Shown: piece after piece, positions 10,807 to 22,087 of the stretch | Position numbering within the stretch: position 1 is the first letter of the stretch | Layout: each line of letters begins with the position of its first letter | Assembly: GCA_032718475.1 (NCBI GenBank) | Contig: JAUCBJ010000573.1 | Coordinates: forward strand, 1 to 41,899 | Direction: 5' to 3' | From: Nemertoderma westbladi | Taxonomy: Eukaryota; Animalia; Xenacoelomorpha | DNA: 41,899 nucleotides | Made by a program: the position numbers and the translations under genes | Notes under the pieces: generated by a model | Told to the model about the DNA's origin: nothing | Seen by the model: only the letters and a program-made list of their open reading frames with translations | Database searches by the model: none

Positions 10807-13002
10807 ATGTCTGAAGCTGGAGATAGACAGACCACGGCACAGCAACGAACTTCTCATCGGGTTGGCGAAAATGAACGCGGTCATCTTTCAACTCTAAGGA
10901 GTAATCTTTTAGAAATGATAGCTGCTGCAGGAATAAATAATGGTAGGCCTACCGGTAATAGGCCTAGGATGGGTACTGGTAGTGGTACTTCAGACGCCGG
11001 GGCCGGGGATGTATTCACTGCAACACCTACTACCGGTAACAATAGTTCCACAGCTAATGTTATCAATAGGCCTACAACTACTGCTCCTATACCAGTACGT
11101 TCTGCCATTGTCAGTGATAGAATTCGTAGAAACCGGCGTCGTGGTGGGCGAGTGGCACGAGGTCACCCTAGATACTTGGAGAGGAAGGTCATATTCAGTT
11201 TTAAGGTGAAGAATGAAACCAGCGGTACACCTACATTGATTCGTAATGCACTTGGAGCTTCGACCTCATTTCGTTGCGATGTTAACGTGGACAACACAAT
11301 TGCTGAGATACAGGCTAGCGTGGTGGAAATGTTGTTTCCTGGTGGGGAAAGCCCTTGTTTGAAACGTTGTAACCGAGATTATAGGCTAAGTCGATATAAC
11401 TTTGTATTATGTAACCCAGTTGGTGACATTATACCAGAATCTAGTTTGTTCGGTAGTTATATCAAACATGTTGTTGGTATGCCCCGCCTTACAATACTGG
11501 CAACATTAAAGGAAGAAGACGTAGAAGGTACTACTAACCAAAGTAGCTTTGCATTTCATAGCATGGTTCATGATGATGTTGAAGACACTGTTGAAATAAA
11601 TCCAGTTTCAATGGTGGTTCAAGTTCAAGCAGAAGAAAATGTTGGCAGCTCTATAATGAATCCCATAATTCTAACAGGAGGTGAGGGACCTGCCCATAGT
11701 TTTAATGATCCATTGCCTAGGATGTCTGATCGCCAGTTGGTATGTGCTGTTTGTGGTTTGTCTAGACCCCGAAACCAGAACAATTGTATCAATTGTTCTG
11801 CAATCGAACAGAGTATAAACGAAGATATCGATGCTTTAGAAAACAGTGAAACTCAACCTGAGTTACCATTAAGTTTCAGAAATGCGTTTGAGGATATAAT
11901 GGATAAGTATAGAAGCGAAGATCAGTGCCAGTATAGCGTATTTGAGGTCCCACGTAGTCGAGTAGTGGATAGCGTTTATGAACTTATGGCGGAATTACCA
12001 ATCACTTCACCACAAATAATGGTCAAATTTATTGGAGAAGATGGGGCTGATACTGGTGGGCCAACCCGAGAATTATTGACGATTTTCTTTAATTCGCAAC
12101 CATCCAACCTCTTCCGTGGATCTTATCCATCATATACATTCCGTCACAATCTAAGTTCCCTCGATCTATACTACTTTCTGGGTAAACTTGTTGCAATTGC
12201 CTTTGTTAATGGTGCAGCTGGGCCACATTTCTTTTGTGAGACCGTTGCTCGAGCTATTCTGGGGTTAAAATTAAGTCCAAATGTTGATGAAATACCTTTA
12301 GATGAGGATATTAGAGAAAAATTACTTGCAATTGCAAATGCGAATGATGACGCAAAGTTTCAAAATGAAATTAATACGTTCCCAGAACGATTTGATATGG
12401 GATTAATTAAGCCGAAGTTTAAGCTGGACGATAAAGATGAAGTAGTTAGTACACTTTGCCGACACATTCTGGTTAGTTCTGTAGGAGAAGAGATTTCGAG
12501 TTTCCAAAGGGGTCTAGAGGAGTTTGGAGTGCGTGAAATTCTCTGCAAATATCCCGATGAAAGTCTTCAAGAACTTATACACGTGGATGTTACCTACGAG
12601 GATGCTAAAAACTGTTTCTTACCCGCCTATACATCTGAACTTAGATCAAACCAACGTGAAAAAGAAACCCAACTAACATTTAAGTTCCATCAACTACTCA
12701 GGAAGGCAGCTAATGGAACTGTATCAGTAAATACAGTAAATCAATTTTCGGGTGAAGAAGAAAGTAAAACTATTACGTTATCTGACATACTGCAGTTTGG
12801 CAGTGGTTCACGTTTTGCTAATTTTATTGGGGAACTTAGATTTTTTGAAACGAGTGATTCTCGAAGGCGCATTAGGGCCGATACGTGCGCTTGCATAATT
12901 AACTTACCGTTAAATAGCCGATATTTGAACGGCAGCAGCACTGAATTTTGTATAGCTTTTTCGGCTGATATTATTGAAAGTCAAGGCTTTGGACTGCCAT
13001 AA
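10807..13002 (+). CDS. Transposon-borne HECT-domain E3 ubiquitin ligase-like protein (731 aa)
   Basis: HECT N-lobe start VKFIGEDGADTGGPTRELL and YYFLGKLVAIAFVNGAAGPHFF; C-lobe LSDILQFGSG...RADTCACIINLP (equivalent to the catalytic aHTCfn.l.LP). CAVC-x11-CINC upstream; low-complexity N-terminus; single uninterrupted ORF. Confidence 0.85.
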   Translation: MSEAGDRQTTAQQRTSHRVGENERGHLSTLRSNLLEMIAAAGINNGRPTGNRPRMGTGSGTSDAGAGDVFTATPTTGNNSSTANVINRPTTTAPIPVRSAIVSDRIRRNRRRGGRVARGHPRYLERKVIFSFKVKNETSGTPTLIRNALGASTSFRCDVNVDNTIAEIQASVVEMLFPGGESPCLKRCNRDYRLSRYNFVLCNPVGDIIPESSLFGSYIKHVVGMPRLTILATLKEEDVEGTTNQSSFAFHSMVHDDVEDTVEINPVSMVVQVQAEENVGSSIMNPIILTGGEGPAHSFNDPLPRMSDRQLVCAVCGLSRPRNQNNCINCSAIEQSINEDIDALENSETQPELPLSFRNAFEDIMDKYRSEDQCQYSVFEVPRSRVVDSVYELMAELPITSPQIMVKFIGEDGADTGGPTRELLTIFFNSQPSNLFRGSYPSYTFRHNLSSLDLYYFLGKLVAIAFVNGAAGPHFFCETVARAILGLKLSPNVDEIPLDEDIREKLLAIANANDDAKFQNEINTFPERFDMGLIKPKFKLDDKDEVVSTLCRHILVSSVGEEISSFQRGLEEFGVREILCKYPDESLQELIHVDVTYEDAKNCFLPAYTSELRSNQREKETQLTFKFHQLLRKAANGTVSVNTVNQFSGEEESKTITLSDILQFGSGSRFANFIGELRFFETSDSRRRIRADTCACIINLPLNSRYLNGSSTEFCIAFSADIIESQGFGLP

Positions 13003-13479
13003 ATATATACATACAAATAATTTTTTAGAAATTTTAGAACTTTTTAAAAATTTTAGTTTTAGAACTATTTTAGAAATAACTAAACTACTGTATATAATTT
13101 TTTGTAGTGCTTATTTTTTCTAACTGATTCATACAGTGCCTTTGTAATATACCAAAACTGTGTTGTGTTACTCAATCAATAGAAATCAATATGCTAATCA
13201 ACATAAATTAATAATACTTGCAGTTTGTTACTTGCATTGCAGGTAAAATACTGCTAGTCTTTATTATAATAACATATATTAATATATAATAATATAAATA
13301 TATTACCAGTATATTATATATATATATAATTATAATATATTGATATCATTATAATTTTCTAAATATTGAATAATTAGAATTATTAATTAGAATTATATAA
13401 TTTTTCATTAAAAATTATTGTTGTGTTATTATGTATGTTATAATCAATAATAATATAATTTGTTGTCTAAACACAATAC

Positions 13480-14679
13480 TTAAAAGCGGCTTAAATCTCG
13501 TATAAAACAATCTTTCAAATATCCGAATATTTGAAGGCAATCGTTCAGTGATGTGCAACTATCTGGTTGACAATGGAAGTTTATATTATTGTTGTGCAAA
13601 TAGTCCTGGCACAATTGTTGTACGGCCAAATTACAGGTTTCCACTTTGCTGGTAAACCTCTGAAGCGAAGTTAGATCGGAAATTGTGATGAATTGTAGAT
13701 AGTTAGGATCGTCCATGTATAAAAGAGTTGGTTTACCTCCGGGTGCAGTTAAACCACTTTTACGGAGTCTATGGCTATTCCAACACACCTGAATATTATT
13801 AAGGGTACGTTGTAAGTAGTTCATGTATGTAAATCGTACAAGTTCAATGTGTAAAGTAGATGACGTGTCCAGAGTCCCGTTTGATTCAAGAATTGTAAAG
13901 TGGTTAAGCCAGTCATCCATACCCAACTGAGGAAATTTACTCCACCAGCTTTCGATTCGCTGGTTTCGCGATGATTTTCCATACAAATAAGCCGGGGAAC
14001 TATTGACCTCCTCTCCATTTAATCGTAGTACTTTTTGTATCAATTCTATATTGACATTCTCTGTACCCCGGTCGCTCCGAATAATATATGGGACACCTAC
14101 GTTTGAACTTACCCAATCATAGAAGTACTGGGCGACTATAGAAGGATCGTTGTTAGAATAGTGGCATTGCAGCCACAGGATTTTGCGGCTGTACCCGTCG
14201 ATGGCGCCGTGGACTGCTAAACCAAACACCTTGAGTTTATCCCATCCGTCTATATGCATTATATAATTTGGGCCTTTAGATATATATGTACGCCGACACA
14301 CTATACCATTTATTCTGCTGCTTACTTCATTTGGTTGAATAATATTTAACAGTTTACAAACCAGATTCCGCGGAGCATAAACGTTATGCTCGTACATTAG
14401 TGCTCTCTGAATTTGTCGATATCCACGACCTGTACCATACTCTGACTTGCTAATTTCTATAAATATGGCATCAATAATTATTGGCAAGTTTGAAACTTCA
14501 AAGCGTCTTACCAGTCCCATCTCGGATAAATCACGTCTGAGAGTTCGACTACTTACAGAAAATCCATGGCTTTCTAACAGCCTTAGAATCTCGCTATGAG
14601 TAAAACCAAGCCAGTAGTTCTCGCACAATGATTGAACATATCCGGTACCGGTACTGCCTGATGGATTAGCCATTTCCAA
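13480..14679 (-). CDS. DDE integrase-core transposase, IS3EU-like (399 aa)
   Basis: N-terminal HTH-like VSSRTLRRDLSEMGL and GYRQIQRAL. Catalytic motifs HIDGWDKLK.FG.AVHGAIDGYSRKILWL, IRSDRGTEN and NQRIESWW give a complete D-D-E triad. Confidence 0.92.
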   Translation of the reverse strand: MEMANPSGSTGTGYVQSLCENYWLGFTHSEILRLLESHGFSVSSRTLRRDLSEMGLVRRFEVSNLPIIIDAIFIEISKSEYGTGRGYRQIQRALMYEHNVYAPRNLVCKLLNIIQPNEVSSRINGIVCRRTYISKGPNYIMHIDGWDKLKVFGLAVHGAIDGYSRKILWLQCHYSNNDPSIVAQYFYDWVSSNVGVPYIIRSDRGTENVNIELIQKVLRLNGEEVNSSPAYLYGKSSRNQRIESWWSKFPQLGMDDWLNHFTILESNGTLDTSSTLHIELVRFTYMNYLQRTLNNIQVCWNSHRLRKSGLTAPGGKPTLLYMDDPNYLQFITISDLTSLQRFTSKVETCNLAVQQLCQDYLHNNNINFHCQPDSCTSLNDCLQIFGYLKDCFIRDLSRF

Positions 14680-14778
14680 ATAATTTTAGAATAAACAGAA
14701 AAGGTCTAAAGAGTATGATACAGGGTAGACTAACAATACAAAAATGGGATCGGAATGTGTAATCCATTGATTGTTGAA

Positions 14779-15125
14779 TTTGAATTTCCCTCCAGTACGC
14801 TACCAGCACAGCATGAGGCAACCTGGAGTTATTTGATTGGCTTAAAAAGATTTCAAGCTATTCGTCACTCGTATTTATAAAAATCGATTTGCAAATTCTA
14901 AAAAAGATTTCAAGCTATTCTTCACTAATATTTGCTAAAAACCGATTTGCAAATCCTAAAAAAGATTTCAAGCTATTCGTCACTCGTATTTACTAAAAAC
15001 CGATTTGCAAATCCTAAAAAAGATTTCAAGCTATTCTGAAGCTGTGATTGGCTATTTTTAATTGCTATTAAACTGATTTGCAAATCGAGAAAAAAAAATC
15101 AAATTGGCCTAAATCAGCCACCGTA
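14779..15125 (-). repeat. Right TIR
   Basis: Reverse complement of 9922-10275 with a few substitutions and small indels. Confidence 0.93.
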
Positions 15126-15974
15126 AAGTACAGAGTTGGATCATTCTCTGACCATAGGCAAAGACATCAAATCTTTTTAAAAATATACTTTTTCGATGTT
15201 TTTTTTTCTGACCAAAAATTTCAAAAAAAAATTTTTCGTAGCCAGTACTGCCAATCGATTCGCCATCAAAAATAACGCAAAAAATTTTTTTTGCAAAATT
15301 TTAAATTACTGTAAATTTTTGGCGACTGGGGGGGGGTCAATTTTTTTCGATCCGCGATAACTCCGGAACGCTTTGTCCAAATTCGATGGGGTTTTCATTT
15401 TTCAACTTAATTCGATGTCCTCTTTCAGCCTATCCATGTTTCGAAACCCCAAACAGCGCCGTCCAAAAATTATTTTTTTCTAGTTCTAGAATTTTACAAA
15501 TTTCAAAAAAGTTGCAGTATTTTATTAACGCCTTTACGGAATTCGATAGCGTTTTCGATTTTTATATTAAACGCAATATCCTGAATCTCACTAGCCTAGT
15601 TTCGCGTCACCAATGCCAAGATTTCATATTTTTTGAGGAAAATTTTTCTAGAATAATTTTTATTTAATTACATTTATAGCGATTTCTTATTACTGATTGC
15701 ACATGAATTGATGGAGTTTTCAATTTATTAACTAAACACGATATCGCGCATCGCACCAGCGTGGTTTCGAAATTCCAAAACGAGGTCTTCACTAGTTGCA
15801 GGTCGATTTTGTTCTAGAATTGAGCAACTAATAATAGATCGAATTTATTAATAATTATTGTATGAAATATGATTGTATTTTTACATAATTATTAGTTCTA
15901 TACTAATTCTCGTTGTCTCTTTTATTTAAAATAAAAAGTCGGTTCCTTATCGGGCCGCTAGGCCCGTCACTAGT
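15126..15974 (+). mobile_element. Helentron/DINE-1-like non-autonomous element, type A, 5'-truncated at the IS3EU TIR
   Basis: Matches the 3' ~850 bp of the 1.49-kb unit; ends TCGGTTCCT-TAT-CGGGCC GCTA GGCCCG-TCACTAGT. Confidence 0.85.
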
Positions 15975-15975
15975 T

Positions 15976-16012
15976 AGGAACCGAGAGGTTCATTACTGTA
16001 AGAATTGCTCGA

Positions 16013-16051
<39 letters not shown>

Positions 16052-16241
16052 TGACTGATCTACAGCCAAAACTACTCTAACGATTTTGATGAAATTTTCA
16101 CAGCGGCTAGATACCGCGATTCTAAGGTCCCTGGAATGTTCCGCTATTTTGTCCATGAGCCGTGGGCTCGAAAAATATACATAAACGAAAAAACGCCATA
16201 GGCGCAATGATAAAAACACCAGCTGGCACTCATGAAAAATG
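15976..16241 (+). mobile_element. Type A element, 5' fragment only
   Basis: AGGAACCGAGAGGTTC start, (CTGG)n/(CTGA)n microsatellite and core; similarity is lost after about 16241. Confidence 0.8.
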
Positions 16242-16832
16242 GATAGAGATAGCCTAGTAATGCTATTCTATAGGAATGGCCACATAACAAGGAAATGCTT
16301 TCTCTGCCAAGTATTATCCTCACTCTACAACTCAGACAGTAAGCAAACAAAAGCCGTGGGATTCTAATGTATTACATCATAAGCTGATTGCTCTCCCAAT
16401 AGCCCTCACACACTCACTGAATCCAATGAAATCGAATATCTATTAGCTTAATGCGAATAGCTGGTAAGCTGAATGCCATTTTAGTTATTGTGTAGGACAT
16501 AATAGTTATTAGTTACTGTTGACTGTAGAGTAGACTGCTATGTTGCATGTATTTAATTAAAATAATTTTCGTAGAGGGAAGTTAATTTGGGATCAGATGT
16601 AAGCAAAGCTGTTCAATGGGGTGGGTCATGGGACCCAATTATAGTACATTATGCATGGCAACGATTTCTGATATAATTAAAATACAAATTGATTTATTAT
16701 TATTTTTATTTTCTATCTATTTTATTGATAAAATAATAATATGATTTTACCGAATTTCATTTACCCCGTTGGGGAGTGTAATTATTATATTATTATTAAA
16801 ATACAAGACAGGGGCTTGTTTCGATATATGTA

Positions 16833-17050
16833 GTTGCGCCCTTCGAGCAGCACGTGAGTTAATCAAATATTAGACACAATGTTTGACTTTGTCCCTTCAC
16901 AGTAGCAGCACGTGAGTTTTGCTTTGACCCTTGATAAATGATGTTGCGCCCTTCGAGCAGCACGTGAGTTACATCAAATAATAGGCACACTGTTTGACTT
17001 TGTCCCTTCGAGCAGCACATGAGTTTCGCTTTGACCCTTCCAGCAGCGTG
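16833..17050 (+). repeat. Two ~110-bp tandem units with repeated AGCAGCACGTGAGTT
   Basis: GTTGCGCCCTTCGAGCAGCACGTGAGTT at 16833 and 16943. Confidence 0.8.
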
Positions 17051-17054
17051 TGTC

Positions 17055-17820
17055 AATCGAGCCGAATCATACTGATCGAGCCGAATAGAACCAATCGAGG
17101 CGATCAAGCCGAGTCGAACCCAGTCGAGCCGAGTCGAGCCGAGTTGAGCCAAATCAAGCCTAGTCGAGCCAGACTGTGGCGAGGCAAGCCCAATCGAGTC
17201 GAGTCGAGCCCAATAGAGCCGAGTCTAGTCCAATCAATCCTAGTCGAGCCTAATTGAGCCGGACCGAGCCCAATCGAGCCAGACTGAGCCAAGTTGAGAC
17301 AAATCGAGCCGAGTCAAGCCCAATCAATCCCATTCGAGCCGAGTCGAGCGGATTGAGCCTAATTGAGCCAAGTCGAGCCAGACCGAGCCGAGTTGAACCC
17401 AATCGAGCTGAGTCGACTCAGACCGAGCCGAGCCGAGCCCAATTGAGCCATGTCACGCCAAATTGAGCTGGACTGAGTCGAGTCGAGCCCAATCAAGCCG
17501 AGTCGAGCCCAATAGAGCCGAGTCGAACCCAATCAAGCCTAAGTCGAGCCCAATCGAGCCGGACTGAGCCAAGTTGAGCCAAATCAAGCCGAGTCAAGCC
17601 CAATCAATCCCAATCGAGCCGATTCGAGCCCAATCGAGCCGAGTCGAGCCCAATCGAGCCAAGTCGAGCCAGACCGAGCCGAGTCGAACCCGATTGAGCC
17701 GAATCGAGATGTGTCAAGTCGAGCCCAATCAAGCCGAGTCTAGCCCAATCGAGCCAAACCGAGCCGATCTAGCCAAGTCGAACTGAATCGAGCCCAATCG
17801 TGCCAGACCGAGCCGAGCTC
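17055..17820. repeat. Degenerate pentamer-based satellite (GAGCC/GAGTC/CAATC)n
   Basis: About 760 bp of GAGCC, GAGTC, CAATC and AAGCC pentamers. Confidence 0.92.
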
Positions 17821-17835
17821 ATTGTATCTTTTATT

Positions 17836-18509
17836 AGGAACCGAGAGGTTCATTACTGTAAGAATTGTTGGCTGATTGATTGACTGGCTGGCTGGCTAAT
17901 CTATAGCCAAAACTACTCTAACGATTTTGATGAAATTTTCACAGCGGCTGGATACCGCGATTCTAAGGTCCCTGATATGTTCCGCTATTTCGTCCATGAG
18001 CCGTGGGCTCGAAAAATAGACATAAACGAAAAAACGCCATAGGCGCAATGGTAAAATATCACCAATAACAGCTGGTGTCGTGATGAAAAATGGCTTACGT
18101 AATGGATTTCTACACAAGGCTTAGTATAAATCGATGAGGTTGCCAAGATTATTCACTTAGTACACCAATACTGTTTGTTTAGGCCTTAGGACACTCTGTT
18201 AACTGGTTGGTTTAGTTTGAAATCTATTATTGCCTCAGCTGAATTACTCTTCCCAATGCGCACTCTATGGGAATATCTCCCTCTGCTAATGTAAGCTGAA
18301 TGACTTAAGTACACAGTGAGTTGGCTACATTAATGTCAACATTTTTGCAAAATGTTTTATTGTTGGACTCTCTGTCAGTCTCCCCTTCAGAACATTGTAT
18401 AGGGAATATACTTTAGTTTACTCTACTGTGCCATTCAGCTGAATGGATTTGAGCGATTGCCAAGTAACAGAGTTGGATCATTCTCTGACCATAGGCAAAG
18501 ACAGCAAAT
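17836..18509 (+). mobile_element. Type A element, 3'-truncated copy
   Basis: Starts TT|AGGAACCGAGAGG; stops after CAAAGACAGCAAAT where the next unit restarts; appears identical to the first ~670 bp of the next unit. Confidence 0.85.
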
Positions 18510-20592
18510 GGAACCGAGAGGTTCATTACTGTAAGAATTGTTGGCTGATTGATTGACTGGCTGGCTGGCTAATCTATAGCCAAAACTACTCTAACGATTT
18601 TGATGAAATTTTCACAGCGGCTGGATACCGCGATTCTAAGGTCCCTGATATGTTCCGCTATTTCGTCCATGAGCCGTGGGCTCGAAAAATAGACATAAAC
18701 GAAAAAACGCCATAGGCGCAATGGTAAAATATCACCAATAACAGCTGGTGTCGTGATGAAAAATGGCTTACGTAATGGATTTCTACACAAGGCTTAGTAT
18801 AAATCGATGAGGTTGCCAAGATTATTCACTTAGTACACCAATACTGTTTGTTTAGGCCTTAGGACACTCTGTTAACTGGTTGGTTTAGTTTGAAATCTAT
18901 TATTGCCTCAGCTGAATTACTCTTCCCAATGCGCACTCTATGGGAATATCTCCCTCTGCTAATGTAAGCTGAATGACTTAAGTACACAGTGAGTTGGCTA
19001 CATTAATGTCAACATTTTTGCAAAATGTTTTATTGTTGGACTCTCTGTCAGTCTCCCCTTCAGAACATTGTATAGGGAATATACTTTAGTTTACTCTACT
19101 GTGCCATTCAGCTGAATGGATTTGAGCGATTGCCAAGTAACAGAGTTGGATCATTCTCTGACCATAGGCAAAGACAGCAAATCTTTTTAAAAAGATACTT
19201 TTTCCATGTTTTTTTTCTGACCAAAAATTTCAAAAAGATTTTTTCATAGCCAGTACTGTCAATCGATTTGCCATCAAAAATAACGCAAAAAATTTTTTTT
19301 GCAAAATTTTAAATTACTGTAAATTTTTGGCGACTGGGGGGGGTCAATTTTTTTCGATCCGCTATAACTCCGGAACGCTTTGTCCAAATTCGATGGGGTT
19401 TTTATTTTTCAACTTAATTCGATGTCCTCTTTCAGCCTATCCATGTTTCGAAACCCCAAACAGCGCCGTTCAAAAATTAATTTTTTCTAGTTCTAGAATT
19501 TTACAAATTTCAAAAAAGTTGCAGTATTTTATTAACGCCTTTACGGAATTCGATAGCGTTTTCGATTTTTATATTAAACGCAATATCCTGAATCTCACTA
19601 GCCTAGTTTCGCGTCACCAATGCCAAGACTTCATACTTTTTGAGGAACATTTTTCTAGAATAATTTATTAATAATTATTGTATGAAATATACTTTAGTTT
19701 ACTCTACTGTGCCATTCAGCTGAATGGATTTGAGCGATTGCCAAGTACAGAGTTGGATCATTCTCTGACCATAGGCAAAGACATCAAATCTTTTTAAAAA
19801 TATACTTTTTCGATGTTTTTTTTTCTGACCAAAAATTAAAAAAAAAATTTTTCGTAGCCAGTACTGCCAATCGATTCGCCATCAAAAATAACGCAAAAAA
19901 TTTTTTTTACAAAATTTTAAATTACTGTAAATTTTTGGCGACTGGGGGGGGTCAATTTTTTTCGATCCGCTATAACTCCGGAACGCTTTGTCCAAATTCG
20001 ATGGGGTTTTCATTTTTCAACTTAATTCGATGTCCTCTTTCAGCCTATCCATGTTTCGAAACCCCAAACAGCGCCGTCCAAAAATTATTTTTTTCTAGTT
20101 CTAGAATTTTACAAATTTCAAAAAAGTTGCAGTATTTTATTAACGCCTTTACGGAATTCGATAGCGTTTTCGATTTTTATATTAAACGCAATATCCTGAA
20201 TCTCACTAGCCTAGTTTCGCGTCACCAATGCCAAGATTTCATATTTTTTGAGGAAAATTTTTCTAGAATAATTTTTATTTAATTACATTTATAGCGATTT
20301 CTTATTACTGATTGCACATGAATTGATGGAGTTTTCAATTTATTAACTAAACACGATATCGCGCATCGCACCAGCGTGGTTTCGAAATTCTAAAACGAGG
20401 TCTTCACTAGTTGCAGGTCGATTTTGTTCTAGAATTGAGAAACTAATAATAGATCGAATTTATTAATAATTATTGTATGAAATATGATTGTATTTTTAGA
20501 TAATTATTAGTTCTATACTAATTCTCGGTGTCTCTTTTATTTAATAAAATAAAAAGTCGGTTCCTTATCGGGCCGCTAGGCCCGTCACTAGT
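18510..20592 (+). mobile_element. Type A element with an internal ~600-bp duplication
   Basis: Internal jump-back junction at ~19660-19690 (GTATGAAATATACTTTAGTTTACTC); normal 3' hairpin and CTAGT. Confidence 0.87.
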
Positions 20593-20593
20593 T

Positions 20594-22079
20594 AGGAACC
20601 GAGAGGTTCATTACTGTAAGAATTGCTCGTGACTGACTGACTGACTGGCTGGCTGATCTACAACCAAAACTACTCTAACGATTTTGATGAAATTTTCACA
20701 GCGGCTAGATACCGCGATTCTAAGGTCCCTGGTATGTTCCGCTATTTCGTCCATGAGCCGTGGGCTCGAAAAATAGACATAAACGAAAAAACGCCATAGG
20801 CGCAATGGTAAAATAACACCAATAACAGCTGGTTTCGTGATGAAAAATGGCTTATGTAATGGATTTCTACACAAGGCTTAGTATAAATCAATGCGGTTGC
20901 CAAGATTATTGTACTTAGTACACCCATACTGTTTGTTTAGGCCCTAGGACACTCTGTCAAAGCAAATATTAACTGGTTGGTTTAGTTTGAAATCTAGTAT
21001 CGCCTCAGCTGAATAACTCTTCCCAATGCATTCTAGTTGAGTATCCAAGTTTCTCCCTCTGCTAATGTAAGCTGAATGACTTACGTACACAGTCAGTGTG
21101 TTGGCTACATTAATGCAAAATGTTTTATTGTTGGATTACTCTCTGTCAGTCTCCCCTTCAGAACATTGTATAGGGAATTTACTTTAGTTTACTCTACTGT
21201 GCCATTCAGCTGAATGGATTTGAGCGATTGCCAAGTTACAGAGTTAGATCATTCTCTGACCATAGGCAAAGACATCAAATCTTTTTAAAAATATACTTTT
21301 CCATGTTTTTTTTTCTGAACAAAAATTTCAAAAAAAAATTTTCGTAGCCAGTACTGCCAATCGATTTGCCATCATAAATAACGCAAAAAATTTTTTTTGC
21401 AAAATTTTAAATTACTGTAAATTTTTGGCGACTGGGGGGGGTCAATTTTTTTCGATCCGCTATAACTCCGGAACGCTTTGTCCAAATTCGATGGGGTTTT
21501 TATTTTTCAACTTAATTCGATGTCCTCTTTCAGCCTATCCATGTTTCGAAACCCCAAACAGCGCCGTTCAAAAATTAATTTTTTCTAGTTCTAGAATTTT
21601 ACAAATTTCAAAAAAGTTGCAGTATTTTATTAACGCCTTTACGGAATTCGATAGCGTTTTCGATTTTTATATTAAACGCAATATTCTGAATCTCACTAGC
21701 CTAGTTTCGCGTCACCAATGCCAAGACTTCATACTTTTTGAGGAAAATTTTTCTAGAATAATTTTTATTTAATTACATTTATCGCGATTTCTTATTACTG
21801 GTTGCACATGAATTGATGGAGTTTTCAATTTATTAACTAAACACGATATCGCGCATCGCACCAGCGTGGTTTCGAAATTCCAAAACGAGGTCTTCACTAG
21901 TTGCAGGTCGATTTTGTTCTAGAATAGAGCAACTAATAATAGAACGAATTTATTAATAATTATTGTATGATATATGATTGTATTTTTACATAATTATTAG
22001 TTCTATACTAATTCTCGTTGTCTCTTTTATTTAAAATAAAAAGTCGGTTCCTTATCGGGCCGCTAGGCCCGTCACTAGT
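20594..22079 (+). mobile_element. Full-length type A Helentron/DINE-1-like element (1.49 kb)
   Basis: 5' subTIR AGGAACCGA with short hairpin GAACC-GAGA-GGTTC, tetranucleotide microsatellite, 3' subTIR TCGGTTCCT, 3' GC hairpin and CTAGT end. Confidence 0.9.
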
Positions 22080-22087
22080 TTGAAATT

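Larger units (their letters stand above)
9922..15125. mobile_element. IS3EU-like DNA transposon (5.2 kb) carrying a DDE transposase and a HECT E3 ligase ORF
   Basis: ~350-bp near-perfect TIRs starting TACGGTGGCTGATTTAGGCC and ending GGCCTAAATCAGCCACCGTA enclose exactly two long convergent intact ORFs. TAY..RTA ends fit IS3EU as I recall its description. The 6-bp flanks do not match (CCATCT vs AAGTAC). Confidence 0.88.

Noticed and set aside
13480-14679. Bacterial IS3/IS481 element or contamination
   Set aside because: The ~350-bp TIRs, HECT cargo and neighbouring spliceosomal introns and eukaryotic TEs indicate a eukaryotic element.
16859-17786. ORFs such as EPSRAE/LGSTRL repeats
   Set aside because: Translations of a pentamer satellite, open on both strands.
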